DNA from: Paraspadella gotoi
Taxonomy: Eukaryota > Animalia > Chaetognatha
Assembly (NCBI GenBank): GCA_051294375.1
Contig: JBJCIZ010000408.1
Span: 24,148-88,147 of the forward strand
DNA length: 64,000 nt
Reading direction: 5' to 3'
A program made the position numbers and the translations under genes. Each line of letters begins with the position of its first letter. The stretch's first letter is position 1. The notes below the pieces were generated by a model. The model was not told the DNA's origin. It was given only the letters and a program-made list of their open reading frames with translations, and made no database searches. This document shows positions 61,280 to 64,000 of this stretch, one piece after another.

Positions 61280-63303
61280 CTATATATTATTTTTGTGTGC
61301 TTTTTTTATAAAAAATCTCTAGATTTCTCCTCAATTCTCGATTTTGTCACTATAATCTTGTATTATATATTTAATTTTTTATGAATTATATTAATCCTAT
61401 TTTTTTTAATGGCACAAATAATAAAAATTTCCCTTTAAGAGAGCATTTGGTCATGGAAAAAGATTTTTTTATAAAAAAATTTTTCCGAGTTATTTTATCT
61501 TTATGTTGGTTGGAAATCACATAATTTATTAGAGGGATATGGATGGACAGATTTTCTTTATTTTTATTGTTTATTTGTGATTCAATTTGCTATACAAATT
61601 TATTAATGAAAAATACAATTTACTTTTAATAATAATACTGTAATCGTTTTTTATATTAAAAAAAAATAATTAAGTTTTTTTTCACTCCTAATAATAACAA
61701 ATTGAAGGAATTTATTTTTAATGTATCAAAGACTAATAATTATAGAAAATAGAAATCTATGGCGGAAGTATTGAGAACAAACAGAGATGGAAAGGTGATA
61801 TTTGGACAATGTTAAATATGACATAAAAAGGACTGAGATAAACATATCAAAAGTGAGCAAAAAAGATTCTGAAAATGATGCAGAAACAAAGAAAAGCGAC
61901 AGAGAGAGAAGTGAGGCAAAGAGTGAAGAGCTAAAAAGAAGCTAAAGAGCAAAAGTAAGAGAGAGAAATTTGATTGTTGGTATTAAGATACGAAGGTTCA
62001 CGTTAACAGAGGACTACCACAAAACATTATATATTATTTGTAACAGGAGGACGTACAGATAAGAAAGATATTTGAATGTGACTTGAAATTGATTGATTAA
62101 ATAATTAATTAATAGACATAAATTAAATTGATTTATGAACATTAAATTGCAAATAATTAGACTGATTAATAATTATTGATTATTAATATGATTAATAAAC
62201 TGAATTAATATATTTGATTAACAAAAAAAAAAAAAATAATACATCTTGATATTATCATCGAGATCTGCCCACAGTCATTATGGTAAAATTAAATTAAATT
62301 AATAAATAAATTAAATTAAATTAAATAATATTAAAGTTAGAAATAATTTAAATTATAATAAGAATATAAATTTATTCAAGATATAATGTAGTTTAATTGA
62401 GATTAGGCAAATAATTAATACTATCAACGACAGCAACATCACGAACAGCCACAGCTCACGCGCAATGTGTGATGTGCAAACTTTATTAAGCATCTGACCA
62501 ATGTAATTGTTTGTTCATAAATAAATATCAATCTTTATTTATTTATAGTAATAGGTGGATTAAGAAAAACATTTAAATAGTGTCACTTTTTTGGTCTTTC
62601 TTTTTTGGTTAGGACTTTTTAGGTCAGATAATTACAAAACAATTTATACTTGCTATCTGGTTTGTTATATAATGCCCAGTATAATTTATCAATAGGTTTT
62701 TGATTATTTAAATAAAAAATGAATTGAATTGCAATGCTTAGCATTTTTAATTAGAAGTGCTGCTCGAAAAGACTGAATGAAGGTAAAAGTGACCAAAATC
62801 CATGCAAAAAGTTGCTGGAAAGTTATTGGTTAATATTTATCTTTCTTTAGGAAAACAATACTAAAATAATTATCTTGTAAAAGTTATCAGCCCATTTTGC
62901 TAAAATATAACTTCTTGCTCTCCCCCTGCTCGCTCCCGTTCACTCGGTTTTTTTTCCTTGTTTTTCTTAGGGAAAAAATACGGTAAAGGTTATTTTTAAA
63001 CATTAAAAGATTCGATGATTCTGACGTCATAACATCTTCTGTTCACTGTATGGTAGTGGAATCATACTGTAAACTCGAAGTGCAGTCGTATTTATTTTTT
63101 CAAAATGTTTTTTTCGATTTTCTATCCACCTGTCACAGTCTCGGTGCTCTAACTTCGGATAATGATTGTTAAGGGGACAAGGGTTTTCCATGCAAACTAT
63201 CACGAATTAACAGGACTTGTTCTCCTCCCCTTAACAATCCGAAGCAAGCCGGCATCCTGGTAAAGGCGACGGAGATGATGGCGATGATGACGGTGAAGAC
63301 GAT

Positions 63304-64000
63304 GACTAGGAGTCTACGTCGTTCATAGAAATCGAGGAAGACTTTTTAAATGGAGATTTTTCGTTAAAATCTGACTACCAAACAATGAAAACGCTCCTGG
63401 GAAAAATTTAGGTAAAAAATAGATGTAAAAACACTCGATTCTAATCCTGTTGCATTTGAAGGGCTCGCTTTTTTTTTCTCCTGACAAATAACCATCATTT
63501 TGACATCAAACCATCAGATTGAAATGGACTGGTCCGCTCGGGAAAATATTTTTGATGCAATTTTTATATATGAAATAAAGGGATTTCTCAACTTCAATAC
63601 AATGTCAACGCATTTAATATATGTTGTGATTTTACAATAAACTTCAAATTCAGGAATCCGATAGCCATATATCTGAAGGGCTGTCAAAATTTTTCTTTAC
63701 ATTTTATTTAGTTATGTTAATATGATACAACCATGGTAAAGTGAATTAGTCCATTTTGGTGAAATTTTTATTTAAAGTAAAAGTAAAAGACGAGCTTACA
63801 ATCAGAATTCTAAAAGTTTTCAACCAGGAGTCATATTCGGGAAAAATATTCTATGGCGAAAGTCTTCCAAAGAAGGGGTGGATTTTCCAAAGATTTTGGT
63901 TAATATTTTCTATGTTTATGATCAGATTTTTTTAAAACTTAACAATAGCAATATTGCCATCATTCTACATTGGCCGGTAAAAGAATATATTAAAAAAACC
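63304..64000 (+). mobile_element. Most complete copy of repeat family B (runs off the window)
   Basis: Collinear with 22210-22540 plus 21680-22126; start GACTAGGAGTCTACGTCG resembles the opposite terminus GACTAAGCTCTGACG (imperfect short TIR). Confidence 0.8.

Overview
AT-rich, repeat-dense eukaryotic DNA (probably an invertebrate animal; the taxon cannot be determined) with spliceosomal introns and (AG)n microsatellites. The assembly looks indel-rich: four gaps are exactly 25 N, and even well-conserved genes carry frequent 1-bp frameshifts, so gene versus pseudogene status is uncertain. Recognisable genes are a tandem pair of alpha-kinase (eEF2K/MHCK-type) genes with identical intron positions (a 5'-truncated copy at 32.8-34.6 kb and a full coiled-coil/vWA/alpha-kinase copy at 35.4-38.4 kb), a 3-exon sulfotransferase-fold gene on the minus strand (38.9-42.2 kb), two exons of a low-complexity gene, and a degenerate C2H2/PLDLS exon. 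Mobile DNA includes Helentron-associated (DINE-1/HINE-like) elements, one a 1.3-kb palindrome, two Tc1/mariner remnants, several MITE/fold-back families, tRNA-derived SINE-like heads and 11-, 18-, 22- and 108-bp tandem repeats. Three things stand out: (i) two related tiny fold-back insertions bounded by target-site duplications and built around a Penelope-type minimal hammerhead ribozyme, one with an intact core in an alpha-kinase intron; (ii) a 6.5-kb GC-rich, strand-biased, small-intron unit ending in a very Cys-rich glycoprotein-like segment, bracketed by inverted copies of one repeat family; (iii) a tRNA-like head fused to a multi-hairpin RNA in the sulfotransferase intron.
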